In this document: one piece after another, positions 63,351 through 64,000 of the stretch
Layout of the letters: every line of letters starts with the position of its first letter
Numbering within the stretch: the stretch's first letter is position 1
Assembly (NCBI GenBank): GCA_028534125.1
Contig: CM052818.1
Coordinates: forward strand, 40,674,001 to 40,738,000
Origin: Lama glama
Taxonomy: Eukaryota
Direction: 5' to 3'
DNA length: 64,000 nucleotides
Notes under the pieces: model-generated
Told to the model about the DNA's origin: nothing
What the model saw: the letters and a program-made list of their open reading frames with translations, nothing else
Database searches by the model: none
Program-made: the position numbers and the translations under genes

Positions 63351-64000
63351 TCATTAGAGGAAGCAAATTGTTCATGTGGGCACTTCTTGCCTTTATGTTT
63401 ATGGAAAGTCAAGGCTATCGGCGACACAAGAGATTCTGCCTCTGAAAAGGGCACGTCAGAGGAAGCAGCCTTAAAATACAGTCCTGTGCCACCCACCTTA
63501 CGAGGACACCCACAGTCATAAGGAATGCACGGCCATTTGCTCTGGACACAGCAGCACTGACTATGTTCCCGTGAAACCAGAGACCATGGCCTGGCACGGC
63601 AAAACACTTAATAGATTTGCTGACCTCTTTAAAAGAAGTGATTTTTTTTTTCTGCCTCTGCTTTCTATTTTTAGTTAAATATCTTCTCTGAAGGGCCTAA
63701 ATCAGAACTCATGGCATCATCCAAATATTTATGGAACATCAGATCTATGAAAGCAGGCTTATGCTCATGGCAAACAGAGTAGTAAAATGCTCCAAGGAAC
63801 TAGTTTTAGCTAAGCTAGCATTAAGACTTTAATGGACATTATCTTCTGGCGGATTAGGTTTGCTCTCCTTGGCCATCCTGGAAACCCACAGTGCGAGAAA
63901 GCCACTGTCTGCCTTTGTGATCCTGTCTGCCTAGGTCAGTCTCGTAATCAGAGAGTATGCCATCCAGTTCTCAACTGTTCCACAGTCACTTCTCCAAAGG

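Overview
This is mammalian genomic DNA, very likely from a camelid, judged from a Vic-1-type tRNA-derived SINE and several artiodactyl-type L1 3' ends. The only protein-coding feature is the single coding exon of KCNS3 (Kv9.3, 491 aa, minus strand, 59999-61474), with a recognisable splice acceptor, Kozak context and poly(A) signal. The ~59 kb downstream is repeat-rich intergenic DNA (L1, L2, MIR, MaLR/ERV LTRs, MER5, Tigger1 derivative, MADE2, microsatellites) with a 500-N assembly gap at 40051-40550. I see no convincing new multi-gene system. The three most interesting signals are: (1) a 76-bp inverted templated insertion inside an old L1, copied from 2 kb downstream in the same element; (2) a ~585-bp bipartite L1 derivative joining the extreme 5' end to the 3' UTR; (3) a duplicated UGCAUG(RBFOX)/UGUA module just upstream of the KCNS3 poly(A) signal. 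Repeat subfamily names come from recalled consensus sequences and need Dfam/RepeatMasker confirmation; repeat boundaries are approximate unless target-site duplications (TSDs) are given.
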